Shown here: one piece after another, positions 52,058 to 63,396 of the stretch | How the letters are laid out: each line of letters starts with the position of its first letter | Position numbering within the stretch: position 1 is the first letter of the stretch | Assembly (NCBI GenBank): GCA_963665115.1 | Contig: OY762007.1 | Location: 2,176,001 to 2,240,000 of the forward strand | Length of the DNA: 64,000 nucleotides | Reading direction: 5' to 3' | Source: an uncultured Rivularia sp. | Lineage (GTDB): Bacteria > Cyanobacteriota > Cyanobacteriia > Cyanobacteriales > Nostocaceae | The notes under the pieces: model-generated | Seen by the model: the letters and a program-made list of their open reading frames with translations, nothing else | Database searches by the model: none | Told to the model about the DNA's origin: nothing | Made by a program: the position numbers and the translations under genes

Positions 52058-52537
52058 ATTCAAAGGTAATGGGGAACAAAGGAAAAAGACGATATTAGTT
52101 CAAAATAATTTTTAGATAATTTCTAATATTATTTTGACGTAACTTGTGCTGAAAAAATTAAATATATTGCCTGTTAACTATTTCTCGAACGTACCGAAAC
52201 TTTTAACAGTTAAATCAGATTGCTATCAATTTTTTAAATTGTTACTTAAAAACTGTATGTTTTATAACTAATACAATTAAATTATCGTGATATTTTTGCA
52301 TGACAGTTTAAATAGCGCCTAATGAACTTTTGAAAATAAATATGTTCTAGTATTAATAGAATTTATTTGAATATATTAGGTAGCATTATTTATCTAGTCC
52401 GTCAATTTATAGTTCCGAAAACGGTCAAACCTTGAAGTCGTTATCAAATTAATTAGGAAACTGACTGAGATGAATCATCTAAAAATTAGATGCTCTAAGT
52501 TTCTTATCAAATTTAGATAGGTTTGCCTAGTTTTTAA

Positions 52538-53407
52538 GTGATTTATTTTTTAATAGTTAATTATTACTCTACGACTCTTGTCCGTAAACTAATTAGCTCT
52601 ATTCCAGTAAACATAAATGTTGAGTACCAAATAGTTATAGTTAACAACTCCCCAGAAGACTATTCTATTAAAGAACTCAGCGCTCCATCAGTCCTCATTG
52701 TTGATAATCAAAGTAATTTAGGGTTTGGTTGTGCTTGTAATCTAGGGCTTCAGTGGATTTACAAAAGAGATAGACAAGCTACTATTTGGATAATTAATCC
52801 AGATGCTTATTTTAAAGAGATATCTTTAGAGAAGGTAAAAAGTTTTTTTGATTTACATCCAGAAGTTTCTATTCTTGGCACTATTATTCATACACCTACA
52901 AATAAAATTTGGTTTGCTGGTGGTAGCTTTTTATCTCAGACTGGATCAATATCAACACCAGATTTATTAACAAATACAAATGTAGACTATGTTGTATGTG
53001 ATTGGGTTTCAGGTTGTAGCTTAATAGTTAATCTGCTTAATTTTTCTGATTGTCCGCAATTTGATGAAGCTTACTTTCTATATTACGAAGATTTCGATTT
53101 TTGTAGACGCTATGCTAATCAAGGATATTTAATTGCTGTAACTAAAGATTTCGGTGTACTTCATCAGCCTTCATCAATCACAAATAGGTATATTCTTAAA
53201 AAAATTAAACATAGTACCTATAGTTATTTACTAACTTTAGAAAAATATACCAATGATTTAATTTTAACGATTAGATTAATTAGACTCGCTATTAATGCTC
53301 TAGTCTTAATTTTTATTCAACCCAAAGCAGCATTTGGAAAATTTTTCGGACTAATAATGTATGCTCGCCAAGTAGCTAGAAAAACTAAATTGAAGTTATT
53401 AGACTAA
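52538..53407 (+). CDS. GT2 glycosyltransferase (WbbL-like)
   Basis: IVNY, NLGFGCACN, INPD, DWVSGC, FLYYEDFD. Confidence 0.85.
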   Translation: MIYFLIVNYYSTTLVRKLISSIPVNINVEYQIVIVNNSPEDYSIKELSAPSVLIVDNQSNLGFGCACNLGLQWIYKRDRQATIWIINPDAYFKEISLEKVKSFFDLHPEVSILGTIIHTPTNKIWFAGGSFLSQTGSISTPDLLTNTNVDYVVCDWVSGCSLIVNLLNFSDCPQFDEAYFLYYEDFDFCRRYANQGYLIAVTKDFGVLHQPSSITNRYILKKIKHSTYSYLLTLEKYTNDLILTIRLIRLAINALVLIFIQPKAAFGKFFGLIMYARQVARKTKLKLLD

Positions 53408-53522
53408 TAATCAACAATCCTAACTGAATTTCTCATCAGTTGTTAGTTGTTAGTTGTTAGTTGTTAGTTGCAATCCTAACTCCCAACTCCTAACTCCTAA
53501 CTCCTAATTTTGCGATCTAACT

Positions 53523-55292
53523 TTACTGAGTTCCTACCGCACCGGAGTAAACTGTACCCCGCTGTATATCCATAGTCAGAATTGCTCCATCCCTAATCAT
53601 TTTGGTTGCATTTTTAACCCCAACTATTACAGGTACCCCAAGACGCAATCCGATTACGGCAGCATGAGAAGTAAGACTTTCTTCCTCGGTGATAATACCG
53701 CCAGATTTGCGAATTGCTTCGACAAAATCCGCAGTTGTCGTTGGGGCTACTAAAATCTCTCCAGGATTAAAGTTATTTAGGTCGATGCCGCTATGAGCTA
53801 CCCGTGCGCGACCGCTGACAGAACCTTGTCCCAATCCTATTCCTTGCCCGAGTACAGCAGTTACAACTTCAACTTTAATTAAATCGGTAGAACCGGAAAT
53901 TCCTTGAAGAGTACCCGCACTCATGACGACTAGATCGCCTTCGTTTAATAAATTTTTCTCTTGAGCGACGTTGATAGCTGCTTGAAAAGTTTGACCAGTC
54001 GAAGGTAGCTCTAAAACTAATAATGGTTTGACTCCCCATACTAATTGCAGCTGTCTGGCTACGTTTACATGGGGTGTTATTGCCAAAATCGGAGTGCGAG
54101 GACGGAATTTAGAAACGTTACGGGCAGTAGCACCACTCTGAGTAAGTGTCATAATTGCAGCTGCCTCAAGCTGTTGGGAAATTTGACCTACTGCTTGAGA
54201 AATAGCATTAGGAATCGAACGTCTGGGGTCTGGTAATTGATTAGTATTTTTACTTGGGAAATCTTCTTTTTCAATGCGTTCGGCAATTCGGGCCATTGTG
54301 GCTACTGCTTCTACCGGATATTTACCGACTGCCGTTTCGTTAGAAAGCATCACCGCATCCGTACCATCTAGGATTGCGTTGGCTACATCCGATACTTCCG
54401 CCCGAGTTGGACGAGGATTGCTAACCATACTATCTAACATTTGAGTAGCGGTAATGATGGGAATACCCAAACGGTTTGCAGTGGCGATTAAACGCTTTTG
54501 CAGCACGGGGACATCTTCTGCCGGGAGTTCTACGCCTAAATCCCCTCTTGCCACCATTACACCATCACACAAAGCCAGAACAGCTTCCATTTGTTCAATA
54601 GCTTCATGCTTTTCAATTTTGGCTATTACTGGTACTTGTTTTCCCGCGCTAGAAATTAACTCCTTAATTTCCATTACATCTTGTGGATTGCGGACGAAGG
54701 AAAGGGCTACCCAATCGACACCTTGGTCTAAACCGAATACTAAATCCTCGCGGTCTTTATCGGTTAATGCCTTGATAGACAAATAAACGCCGGGGAAATT
54801 AACACCCTTGTTATTAGAAAGCTTACCTTCGACCGTAACGCTACAATGTAAATCGCCTTTTTCTTTGTCTACCTCCACAACCTGCATTTCCACTTTTCCA
54901 TCATCGAGAAGAATATTCGCTCCAACAGGAACTTCCTCTGCCAAATGCTCGTAGGTAATGCAGCTAATTTCTTGAGTACCGACAACTGGACGGTTAGTCA
55001 AAGTGAAGCGATCGCCCTTGGCTAGCACTATCGATCCATTTTCAAATTTACCCAAGCGAATTTTGGGACCCTGCAAATCTTGCAGAATCGCAACTGGTTT
55101 ATTTAGTTCAAATGCTGTTTGCCGAATCAACCGAATATTACGTTGATGATCGGCATGGCTTCCATGTGAAAAATTGAGCCGCAGCGTTGTTGCACCTGCT
55201 TCAATGAGAGCCTTAAGGACTTCAGGGCTGCTCGTAGCAGGTCCAATAGTGGCAACAATTTTTGTCCGGCGTACTGAATCTCTTAGTTCCAT
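53523..55292 (-). CDS. pyk: Pyruvate kinase with C-terminal PEP-utilising mobile domain
   Basis: RRTKIVATIGPA, RLNFSHG, MVARGDLGVE, TSHAAVIG. Confidence 0.97.
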   Translation of the reverse strand: MELRDSVRRTKIVATIGPATSSPEVLKALIEAGATTLRLNFSHGSHADHQRNIRLIRQTAFELNKPVAILQDLQGPKIRLGKFENGSIVLAKGDRFTLTNRPVVGTQEISCITYEHLAEEVPVGANILLDDGKVEMQVVEVDKEKGDLHCSVTVEGKLSNNKGVNFPGVYLSIKALTDKDREDLVFGLDQGVDWVALSFVRNPQDVMEIKELISSAGKQVPVIAKIEKHEAIEQMEAVLALCDGVMVARGDLGVELPAEDVPVLQKRLIATANRLGIPIITATQMLDSMVSNPRPTRAEVSDVANAILDGTDAVMLSNETAVGKYPVEAVATMARIAERIEKEDFPSKNTNQLPDPRRSIPNAISQAVGQISQQLEAAAIMTLTQSGATARNVSKFRPRTPILAITPHVNVARQLQLVWGVKPLLVLELPSTGQTFQAAINVAQEKNLLNEGDLVVMSAGTLQGISGSTDLIKVEVVTAVLGQGIGLGQGSVSGRARVAHSGIDLNNFNPGEILVAPTTTADFVEAIRKSGGIITEEESLTSHAAVIGLRLGVPVIVGVKNATKMIRDGAILTMDIQRGTVYSGAVGTQ

Positions 55293-55638
55293 AGGGGGCT
55301 GCTGTATAGCGCTTCTAGCTAGGGAATAATCGTAGATGAAACTGAAACTTCTGTCTGTGGCTAGAAACGCAATAAATCAGAAATTAAAATTCCTAAACTA
55401 TAAAATTGTCTCATAATATCTCTCCACTTATATATTTTTATTACCGGTCGCTAGCAACTCGTAACTGTTAACTAGTAACCGTTCGCCTTAGAGCCACAAC
55501 CTTTGGGCGAAAACTGGTAGCTGTTGACTGTTGACTGATGCGCGATAAATGCAAAAATAAATGTTGGTACACAAAACTTTATTATTCTGTACTTCTGTGT
55601 CGTATACTCGCAAATATTTGGTAAATAAGGAGTTAACA

Positions 55639-56529
55639 ATGCTGATGTCGGAGGCAAAATCGCCACTGACACTCCCCCCCAAGGAACTTTTGTCCCCACC
55701 CGGTGGTTTCAATCCCACTGTGCAAATGTTTTTGGCCGCGATTGGGATTGTAATTCTATCTGTACTAGGTTATTGGGTTTGGCAATGGCCGCAATGGATA
55801 TGCTTCGGCATGAACGTTATTGCCTTGCATATGTCAGGTACGGTAATTCACGATGCTTGCCACCAGTCTGCTCATCGCAATCGGACAATTAACGCTCTGA
55901 TGGGACACGTTAGTGCGTTGATGCTTGTTTTTGCATTTCCGGTATTTACGAGAGTGCATTTACAACATCATGCGAATGTTAACGATCCAGAAAATGACCC
56001 AGACCATTATGTTTCGACAGGTGGTCCGCTATGGTTAATTGCGGTTCGCTTTTTCTACCATGAGATATTTTTCTTTAAACGCCGTTTGTGGCGCAAAAAT
56101 GAGCTTCTCGAATGGTTTATAAGTCGTCTTATAGTCATAGCTATTGTTATTGTTTCAGTGCATTTTAACTTTCTGGGCTACATTCTCAATTTCTGGTTTG
56201 TACCGTCAGGTATCGTTGGTTTGGCACTAGGCTTGTTTTTCGACTATTTGCCGCATCGTCCCTTCGTGGAACGCAATCGCTGGAAAAATGCTCGGGTTTA
56301 CGCAAGCCCAATTCTTAACGTGTTGATTTTGGGTCAAAATTATCATCTAATTCATCATCTATGGCCTTCAGTAGCTTGGTATAATTATCAACCTACATAC
56401 CGTTTGATGAAGCCGCTTTTGGATGAAAAAGAATGCCATCAATCACTAGGTTTGCTTAGAAAAAAAGACTTTCTGGAATTTATGTATGACCTAGTTTTAG
56501 GAATTCGTTTTCACTCTAAGAAGGAGTAG
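55639..56529 (+). CDS. crtR: Beta-carotene hydroxylase
   Basis: HDACH, RVHLQHH, HLIHH, FFDYLPHRPF; AAGGAG RBS before ATG 55639. Confidence 0.93.
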   Translation: MLMSEAKSPLTLPPKELLSPPGGFNPTVQMFLAAIGIVILSVLGYWVWQWPQWICFGMNVIALHMSGTVIHDACHQSAHRNRTINALMGHVSALMLVFAFPVFTRVHLQHHANVNDPENDPDHYVSTGGPLWLIAVRFFYHEIFFFKRRLWRKNELLEWFISRLIVIAIVIVSVHFNFLGYILNFWFVPSGIVGLALGLFFDYLPHRPFVERNRWKNARVYASPILNVLILGQNYHLIHHLWPSVAWYNYQPTYRLMKPLLDEKECHQSLGLLRKKDFLEFMYDLVLGIRFHSKKE

Positions 56530-56643
56530 AGGAATGGGGAGACAAGGGGACAAGGACAGCCGGGGAGTGGGGGAAGAAAGTTCCCAATTCCCAATTCCCA
56601 ATTCCCAATTCCCATCCCAATTACCAATTACCAATTACCAAAT

Positions 56644-56928
56644 TCAAATGTCGCTAGATATACTTTGAGCCTGTATAATTTCGGTATGAGCATTAAATTG
56701 CAATCTGTTTAAAGATTCTGTGAAAAACACAAAACCTTTATAGGCAGTTGCATATTTATAGATTTTGGTGAAAAATCCCTCTGCTGTTTCAACCACCAGC
56801 GGTTCTTCACTTTTAGAAACAATTGTCATAAAATCTTCCGACTTTACCCGAACTCCAGTTCCTCTGTCAGTGAAGACTCTTCCACCAATAGCTGCTGGTT
56901 GAGTCGCGTCACAACCGTCAAACTTCAT
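56644..56928 (-). CDS. Small hypothetical protein
   Basis: 94-aa ORF between crtR and aroH on the aroH strand. Confidence 0.6.
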   Translation of the reverse strand: MKFDGCDATQPAAIGGRVFTDRGTGVRVKSEDFMTIVSKSEEPLVVETAEGFFTKIYKYATAYKGFVFFTESLNRLQFNAHTEIIQAQSISSDI

Positions 56929-56992
56929 AGTATTTTAAGTATTTTCACATAGAATTGGGTACATTCTACACTTTTGACTCTGTTGTTGACTG

Positions 56993-57379
56993 TCATGCTT
57001 GTAACGGCTGGGGTAAATTCCAGTCAGGACGAAGCTTAGAAGCATTACGTAAATAAATATGGCTTATGGTGGTGGAAGATTTAATGTATGTGTGGATCAA
57101 AATCCGAATGCACTTTTCCAAGCTCCCTGGAACATACATTTGCTGTACATCTATCATCGGAACATTATTCCAATCATCACGATAACGAGCCACAGCAGCC
57201 GGGAAAATAGCATCTAAATCGGATGTTACCGAAAAAGTAACGCTAATCATATCCGTTGGATGCAAGTTATTACGTTTTTCAATTTCGTCTAATATTTCCA
57301 TTACAGCTTCCTGGATTGCTTCAACCGTATTTTCTGAAACGGTTGTTGCTCCACGAATTGCCTGCATTCGCCATTCCAC
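56993..57379 (-). CDS. aroH: Chorismate mutase (AroH class)
   Basis: AIRGATT, DLDAIFPAAVAR, CIRILIH, LRPDW. Confidence 0.93.
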   Translation of the reverse strand: MEWRMQAIRGATTVSENTVEAIQEAVMEILDEIEKRNNLHPTDMISVTFSVTSDLDAIFPAAVARYRDDWNNVPMIDVQQMYVPGSLEKCIRILIHTYIKSSTTISHIYLRNASKLRPDWNLPQPLQA

Positions 57380-57608
57380 TTAAAAATCCTCCTAATCAAA
57401 AACACGAGTCATTAGTTATTATTCATCAACTTTGAGTAAAGAACAATTGAGTGTTAACTAATAACGAATGACTATGTTTTATTTTTTTTTAAATTGGGAG
57501 CATCACAATTTTTGAAATATATTTTGAAATATATATCGTAGTGCGTTAGCGCAGCGAAATTGAAAATTTAGGATGCTACCTTTGCTACGTTTTAATTAGA
57601 TGCTTAAT

Positions 57609-58424
57609 TCAAGGGCGATACAGCCACAGAGGTAAACCAGACGTAGACAACTCAAATTCTAACCAATCAATTTTGCTTAGTCCATTTTTGACTTTGTTAC
57701 CTGGTAAAATCTTGCTGTACCAAGGCTTGGGTTCTTCTAAGGTATAAACTTCGGTTTTTTCTGGATCGAGATTTACCAATTCTGCTGCCCAACGACGAGC
57801 ATCTTCCTCAGTTCCTAATCTATCAACAACCCCTAATTCCACAGCTTGCTCTCCGGTAAAAATTCTGCCGTCAGCGAAGGTTCTAACTGTTTCCGGCGTT
57901 AAATTACGTCCCTCTGCGACTGTTTGCACAAACTGCCGATAACTTGTATCAATCAATTCTTGCAGAATAGTTTCTTCACTATCAGTTAGTTCTCTATCGA
58001 AAGACAAAATGTCTTTATAAGGACCGGATTTTATTACCTTGAAGGAAACACCAATTTTATCTAATAAGCGTTGTAAATTGTTTCCGCGCAAGATCACACC
58101 GATACTACCCGTAATGGTTCCGGGATTAGCCATGATGTGTTCTGCCCCCATACCGATATATACACCCCCGGAAGCAGAAATATTGCCGAAACTAGCGACA
58201 ATTTTCATTTTTTCACGCAAACGCTTGAGGGCACTGTAGATTTCTTGCGAGTCTCCTACGGTACCACCAGGGCTATCAATCCGTAATAGTAAAGCAGGAA
58301 ATTTTTTCTCCTCTACAGTTTTGAGTGCTTCCAAAACCCGTTTGCGAGTACTACCTGCGATCGCGCCATTAATTTCTATCTTGGCAATTTGCTTGCGAAA
58401 CTTTGACTTAAAAGGCCAAACCAT
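57609..58424 (-). CDS. sppA: Signal peptide peptidase SppA (36K type)
   Basis: RIDSPGG, SASGGVY, TGSIGV, KSGPYKD, ADGRIFTG. Confidence 0.93.
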   Translation of the reverse strand: MVWPFKSKFRKQIAKIEINGAIAGSTRKRVLEALKTVEEKKFPALLLRIDSPGGTVGDSQEIYSALKRLREKMKIVASFGNISASGGVYIGMGAEHIMANPGTITGSIGVILRGNNLQRLLDKIGVSFKVIKSGPYKDILSFDRELTDSEETILQELIDTSYRQFVQTVAEGRNLTPETVRTFADGRIFTGEQAVELGVVDRLGTEEDARRWAAELVNLDPEKTEVYTLEEPKPWYSKILPGNKVKNGLSKIDWLEFELSTSGLPLWLYRP

Positions 58425-58850
58425 GAGCAGTAAACAGAACCTTGCGATATTTTTTGCTTAATATTACCTACACACCAACAACGGAAATATAGTATTCCAG
58501 AAGTTGATATCACCCTAACTCCTCACTAATTTAGGACGATTTGTATAAATCTTATTTGAATTAAAACATTAGCTTTAATTTATAAATGCGTAAAGCATCT
58601 GCTGTCAAAAATATAAGCAGAGGCAAAATTACAAGCTAGATTTGATAAATTTTTCTGTCTTGAAATGTATTTTAGTTTTCTTTAAAAAGTTTTCTGCTAA
58701 ACAATTTTCTAAACAATTTTGTTTAACGGTCAAAGGTCTTTTGTTAATTTTCTAATATTCTACAATTAATAAATACCATAGTCTTCAGCTTTAATCTTAC
58801 AGTTTAAGAGACTAAAACCAAAAAAAATCGCACAGCAAAGAATCTAGCAC

Positions 58851-59147
58851 TTAAGAACCTATTCGTAAAATTTGACACCGGTAGTATACATAAGTGTCGA
58901 AAAGCGCTCCAACAAAGCTACAAGTTAAACAAATTACAAACAACCCCTGTAAAGGAGTACCGCTTCCAAAAGTAGCTAAGAAATGAGAAATTTGAGTTGC
59001 GATTATTTCACCCAGAGCTTGTAAACCAGGAAGCAAACTCAAAAGCGATAAAATCAGTAATGCTACCCCAATAAATATCATTGGAGCCACGAAACTCAAA
59101 ATAATCGTTAGAAGCAAAGAGCGAAGAAAGCTTGTAAACATGGTCAT
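58851..59147 (-). CDS. Conserved small membrane protein
   Basis: Hydrophobic ORF with FLATFGSG and VGALFDTY motifs. Confidence 0.7.
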   Translation of the reverse strand: MTMFTSFLRSLLLTIILSFVAPMIFIGVALLILSLLSLLPGLQALGEIIATQISHFLATFGSGTPLQGLFVICLTCSFVGALFDTYVYYRCQILRIGS

Positions 59148-59552
59148 AGGAATTATTCCATGATGATGATTAACAACAGTCGGTGTCTGTCACCTTCTAC
59201 AATAAGCGCAATTATGCTATATCAAACCGCATTTAAAGAATCTTAAGTTTTAATTAAAATATGTTCATATAGTTTGTAGTCTATGTTTACTATTACAAAT
59301 GGCATTCACTCAATCAAATCCACCATATATCAAGGCTTAAGCTCACACTACAATTTTTCTTGTATCGATGCATACAGTTAATAACAGCCTTGATTTATGA
59401 GAGCAATTTTTTACTTAAGTTAATGTAAAGCGCGATTTTAGGAGTTAGGAGTTAGGAGCCAATAACTGATAATTGGTAACTGGTAACTGTTTTTCACCTT
59501 TTGTCGATATCTTTCGCTATTATGACGGCAATTGCAGAATTAATTAAAAATT

Positions 59553-60352
59553 GTGAGCCAAGCAACATCTAAATCCAGTTTGGGAGCATGGAGCCTGCGA
59601 TTGCTGGCGGCTGTGTTCTTGATTGGACAAGTAATAATTCATTTATTTAAAGGTAAAATTCATCGCCGCAATACTTTAGAACAAATGGCTGCTGTGGGGG
59701 CCCTGACTCACTATTTATCGCCTTAGTTACAGCTGTGTTTGTAGGTGCGGTGTTTACTATTCAGGTTGCACGAGAGTTTATTAATTTTGGCGCGGGAAAC
59801 GCTGTAGGAGGAGTATTAGCAGTAGCGCTGACGCGAGAACTTTCTCCCGTACTTACAGCAGTCGTTCTGGCAGGACGAGTTGGTTCGGCATTCGCTGCGG
59901 AAATTGGTACTATGCGAGTAACGGAGCAAATTGACGCTTTGTTGATGTTAAAAACTGACCCAGTAGACTATCTAGTTATTCCTCGCGTGCTTGCTTGCTG
60001 CTTAATGTTGCCGATTTTGACTTTACTATCTTTGGTAACGGGTATGGCGGGAGGTTTATTTATTGCTAAAAATTTGTACAATCTATCGGATACCCAGTTT
60101 CTAGACTCAGCTCGTAATTTTCTAGGAGTTTGGGATATTTTAAGCGCAATGATCAAAGCTCTTTGTTTCGGACTTTTAGTTGCCGTAATTGGCTGTAACT
60201 GGGGTTTAACCACAACAGGAGGAGCAAAAGGCGTAGGTCAATCCACTACCACAGCAGTTGTTACAGCCTTATTAATTATATTTATTGCCAACTTCTTTCT
60301 TTCTTGGATAATGTTTCAAGGTACTGGAGGTGCTTTGTTACAAGGTATTTAG
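59553..60352 (+). CDS. mlaE: MlaE/Ycf63 lipid ABC transporter permease, frameshifted at GGGGG-CCC 59696-59703
   Basis: GTG 59553 frame reads SQATSKSSLGAW...NTLEQMAAVG and continues PDSLFIAL after removing 2 nt; AAEIGTMRVTEQIDAL. Confidence 0.9.
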
Positions 60353-60478
60353 TAATTTGAGTTGAGAGTTAGGAGTTAGGAGTTAGGAGTTACTAATTTA
60401 TAACTGTTCGCTGTTCACTGTTAACCGCTAACTTCTAGAATAAGAACAATGTCTTTTGACAAATATTATTTTTAGATA

Positions 60479-60871
60479 ATGACTACTTCACTTACATCTA
60501 ACTCAACATCTACTGTAGAACTGAAGCCTAGCTACAACATACCTATAGTCTTGATTGTTGCCTCGATTCCCTTGCTGCTGATTGGACAACCCGTAGCTGG
60601 AGGAATAATCGGCTTGTTTGGTTTATTCCTTATGTACCAAGCGGTAACACTACGTTTACAATTTACTGCTACTGATTTAGACCTTTTTAGAGGTGATAAA
60701 TTGCTTCGTCGCTTTCCTTATAGCGAGTGGCTGAATTGGCGTATCTTCTGGAATATAGTTCCAATTTTGTTTTACTTCAAAGAAATTAAAAGCATTCACT
60801 TTTTGCCAATTTTGTTCGATCCTAAAAATCTTAAGGCTTGTTTGGAAGAACGTTGTCCAAGGATCGATTAG
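60479..60871 (+). CDS. DUF3119 family protein
   Basis: LKPSYNIP...RRFPY...ILFYFKE..SIHFLPILFD; usual mlaE-DUF3119-DUF3086-plsY context. Confidence 0.8.
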   Translation: MTTSLTSNSTSTVELKPSYNIPIVLIVASIPLLLIGQPVAGGIIGLFGLFLMYQAVTLRLQFTATDLDLFRGDKLLRRFPYSEWLNWRIFWNIVPILFYFKEIKSIHFLPILFDPKNLKACLEERCPRID

Positions 60872-61136
60872 GGAGTGAGGAGTGGGGAGTGGGGAGTAAA
60901 TTTCTTTTTATTCTTATCGTCATAAATGTGGCTGCTAATTACGTCTATTTTTACTCGCTACTCACTACTCGTAACTCACTACTTGAAGAATTTCCCCATC
61001 TGCCCGATCGGCTGTAATTATTGGTTCACCTCACTGGTAAAATGTGAAATTGATACTTTATATTGGTTCTTATATTGAAATTTGTAAAGTTAGCATTTAT
61101 GAATTCGCCTCATTCTTTTAGGGGCTTAGATTAATT

Positions 61137-62315
61137 ATGAGCCAAGACGAAAATTATAACGAAGAACAATTTCAACTAGGTTCTACAGAAGAAAATTCAT
61201 TAACTTCAGTTACTTCCAATATGGCGAATTCCAGCGAACAGAATACCCCAGAAGATTCGCAAATAAACTCGAAATCAATTGATAACTCTCCGGAATACAA
61301 CCTGGCGGCTCAAAGAGTCGCGCAATTACAACTGACTGAAGAATCTTTAAAACAGGAAATATCCGATTTACAAGCGTCTTACAAAACTCTTCAGTCTGAA
61401 GTCGGTAATACTCAAAAAGCGCTTTCTAAAATGACCCAAGAAGCGCTTTCGGAATTAGAACAACGCAAACAAACTTTATCAATTTCTATTGAACAACTCG
61501 AACGCCGTCAAGAACGCATTCGTAATGAAATGCGAACTACTTTCGCCGGTGCTTCTCAAGAATTAGCAATTCGAGTTCAGGGTTTTAAAGATTATCTAAC
61601 TGGTAGTTTGGTAGATTTAGCAGCAGCTGCCGAACAGTTAGAGCTAGTGCCTCCTACTAAGCTAGAACCTCAAAAATTAGCTGTTCGAGAAGCTGAACCA
61701 GATGATGATTTTGATGACGAATATGAAGACGAGTATGAGGAGCGGGATACTTCGGACTTTAGCCGGGGACAGTTTCAAGATACTACGAAAAAAATTCGGC
61801 AGCTAGTAGATCAATATCGTACTAAACCAGATTACTACGGTCCACCGTGGCAATTACGCCGTACATTTGAACCAGTTCACGCAGAACGAGTTTCTACTTG
61901 GTTTTTCAAGCAAGGAGGAAGAGGTGCTTTAAGAACAATGGGTAGTCGGTTACAAAATACGCTTATTGCTTCAGCAATTGTATCTATACTGCATTCCTTA
62001 TACGGCAATAAAGTTCGTACTTTGGTTTTAGCTAATTCCCCGGAACGTTTGGGAGAATGGCGACGCGGTTTACAAGATTGTTTAGGGATTGGTCGTCCGG
62101 ATTTTGGTCCAGATAGAGGCTTAGCATTATTTGAAACATCTTCAGCCGTCGCGCAAAAAGCAGAGCGTCTGGTAAAAGCTGGTTTACAACCGTTTATTAT
62201 TATCGATGATTCAGAAGAACAAATTAATGTAGGGTTGTTGCAATTTCCATTATGGTTAGCTTTTGCTCCTGACCCCAAGATGATGAGAGACTATTATGAG
62301 GATGAATTTTTCTAA
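61137..62315 (+). CDS. DUF3086 domain protein
   Basis: Coiled coil, FAGASQELAIRVQGFKDYL, PDYYGPPWQLRR, LLQFPLWLAFA. Confidence 0.82.
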   Translation: MSQDENYNEEQFQLGSTEENSLTSVTSNMANSSEQNTPEDSQINSKSIDNSPEYNLAAQRVAQLQLTEESLKQEISDLQASYKTLQSEVGNTQKALSKMTQEALSELEQRKQTLSISIEQLERRQERIRNEMRTTFAGASQELAIRVQGFKDYLTGSLVDLAAAAEQLELVPPTKLEPQKLAVREAEPDDDFDDEYEDEYEERDTSDFSRGQFQDTTKKIRQLVDQYRTKPDYYGPPWQLRRTFEPVHAERVSTWFFKQGGRGALRTMGSRLQNTLIASAIVSILHSLYGNKVRTLVLANSPERLGEWRRGLQDCLGIGRPDFGPDRGLALFETSSAVAQKAERLVKAGLQPFIIIDDSEEQINVGLLQFPLWLAFAPDPKMMRDYYEDEFF

Positions 62316-62435
62316 GAGTTGTTAGTTTCGATAAGTGCTTAGGCAAAATTAATTGTGTATTGTCATTGCGAGGAACGAAGCAATCCCAAAATTTTGAAGC
62401 TTTCAGAATGTAAAATGAATTTTGCACAACTACTT

Positions 62436-62483
62436 AGCGAGCAAGATGCTTAGTTCCGATAGCGAGCAAGATGCTCGCACTAC
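62436..62483 (-). repeat. REP-like element of the 44268 family (one exact inverted core plus a partial copy)
   Basis: 62461-62483 AGCGAGCAAGATGCTCGCACTAC is the reverse complement of the tandem-unit core. Confidence 0.8.
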
Positions 62484-62510
62484 AACCATTAACAGATAAC
62501 TTCTAAAAAT

Positions 62511-63206
62511 ATGGCTATTTGGTTAAGTTTGTGTGGAGCAATTTTAGTCGCAGCTTATCTTTTAGGTTCTACCCCTACAGGCTACACGCTGGTAAAGCTG
62601 TTAAAGGGAATTGATATTACAGAAATTGGTTCTGGTTCGACTGGTGCAACTAATGTCTTAAGAACTTTGGGTAAAGGTCCTGGTGCATTCGTTTTACTGG
62701 TTGACTGTTTGAAAGGTGTTTTGTCAATATTTCTGGTTTATAGGTTGTTTGAACTTGCGTCTAGCAATAATCTGATTCCGGCAACAGTTAACCCCGAATG
62801 GCAACCAATCATGGTAACTTTAGCCGGTTTAGCTGCCATACTCGGACATAGTAAATCAATATTTTTAGGATTTCGTGGCGGTAAATCCGTAGCTACGAGT
62901 TTAGGAATTTTGTTAGCCATGAATTGGCAAATTGGTTTAGCGACATTTGGAGTATTTGCCGTAGTTGTTGCGATATCGCGAATTGTATCTTTGAGTTCTA
63001 TTTGTGGCGCGATCGCAGTTTCTGTTTTCATGGTTTTACTGCATCAACCGCTGCCATATATATTGTTTGGTATTGCTGGTGGCTTTTATGTCATTATCCG
63101 CCATCGTAGCAATATTGAGCGATTACTTGCTGGTACCGAACCAAAGTTGGGACAAAAATCAACGGTAGAAGCGGAAGCAGAGCAGACTGTTAGTTCGACT
63201 GGTTGA
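62511..63206 (+). CDS. plsY: Glycerol-3-phosphate acyltransferase
   Basis: YLLGS.P, GSGSTGATNVLR, GHS..IF..FRGGKSVAT, RHRSNIERL. Confidence 0.95.
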   Translation: MAIWLSLCGAILVAAYLLGSTPTGYTLVKLLKGIDITEIGSGSTGATNVLRTLGKGPGAFVLLVDCLKGVLSIFLVYRLFELASSNNLIPATVNPEWQPIMVTLAGLAAILGHSKSIFLGFRGGKSVATSLGILLAMNWQIGLATFGVFAVVVAISRIVSLSSICGAIAVSVFMVLLHQPLPYILFGIAGGFYVIIRHRSNIERLLAGTEPKLGQKSTVEAEAEQTVSSTG

Positions 63207-63306
63207 ATTATAAGATTTTAATCAGAAATTAATCCCAATGTGAATCAAAAATATGGAGACGTAGCAGTGCTGCGTCTCTACATTTATGGTTAAAATACAT
63301 CGCAAC

Positions 63307-63347
63307 GTAAAGTAAACTTGACTTATAGTAATTTAAACTTTACTATA
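63307..63347 (+). promoter_or_regulatory. Sigma70-type promoter overlapped by palindromic operator candidates
   Basis: TTGACT (63318)-17 nt-TACTAT (63341); palindromes GTAAAG-N4-CTTGAC and TATAGTAA-N8-TTACTATA. Confidence 0.6.
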
Positions 63348-63396
63348 AAAGCATGGTGGTAAAAATAAGCTATGCAAGTATATTAATTTGCAACCA

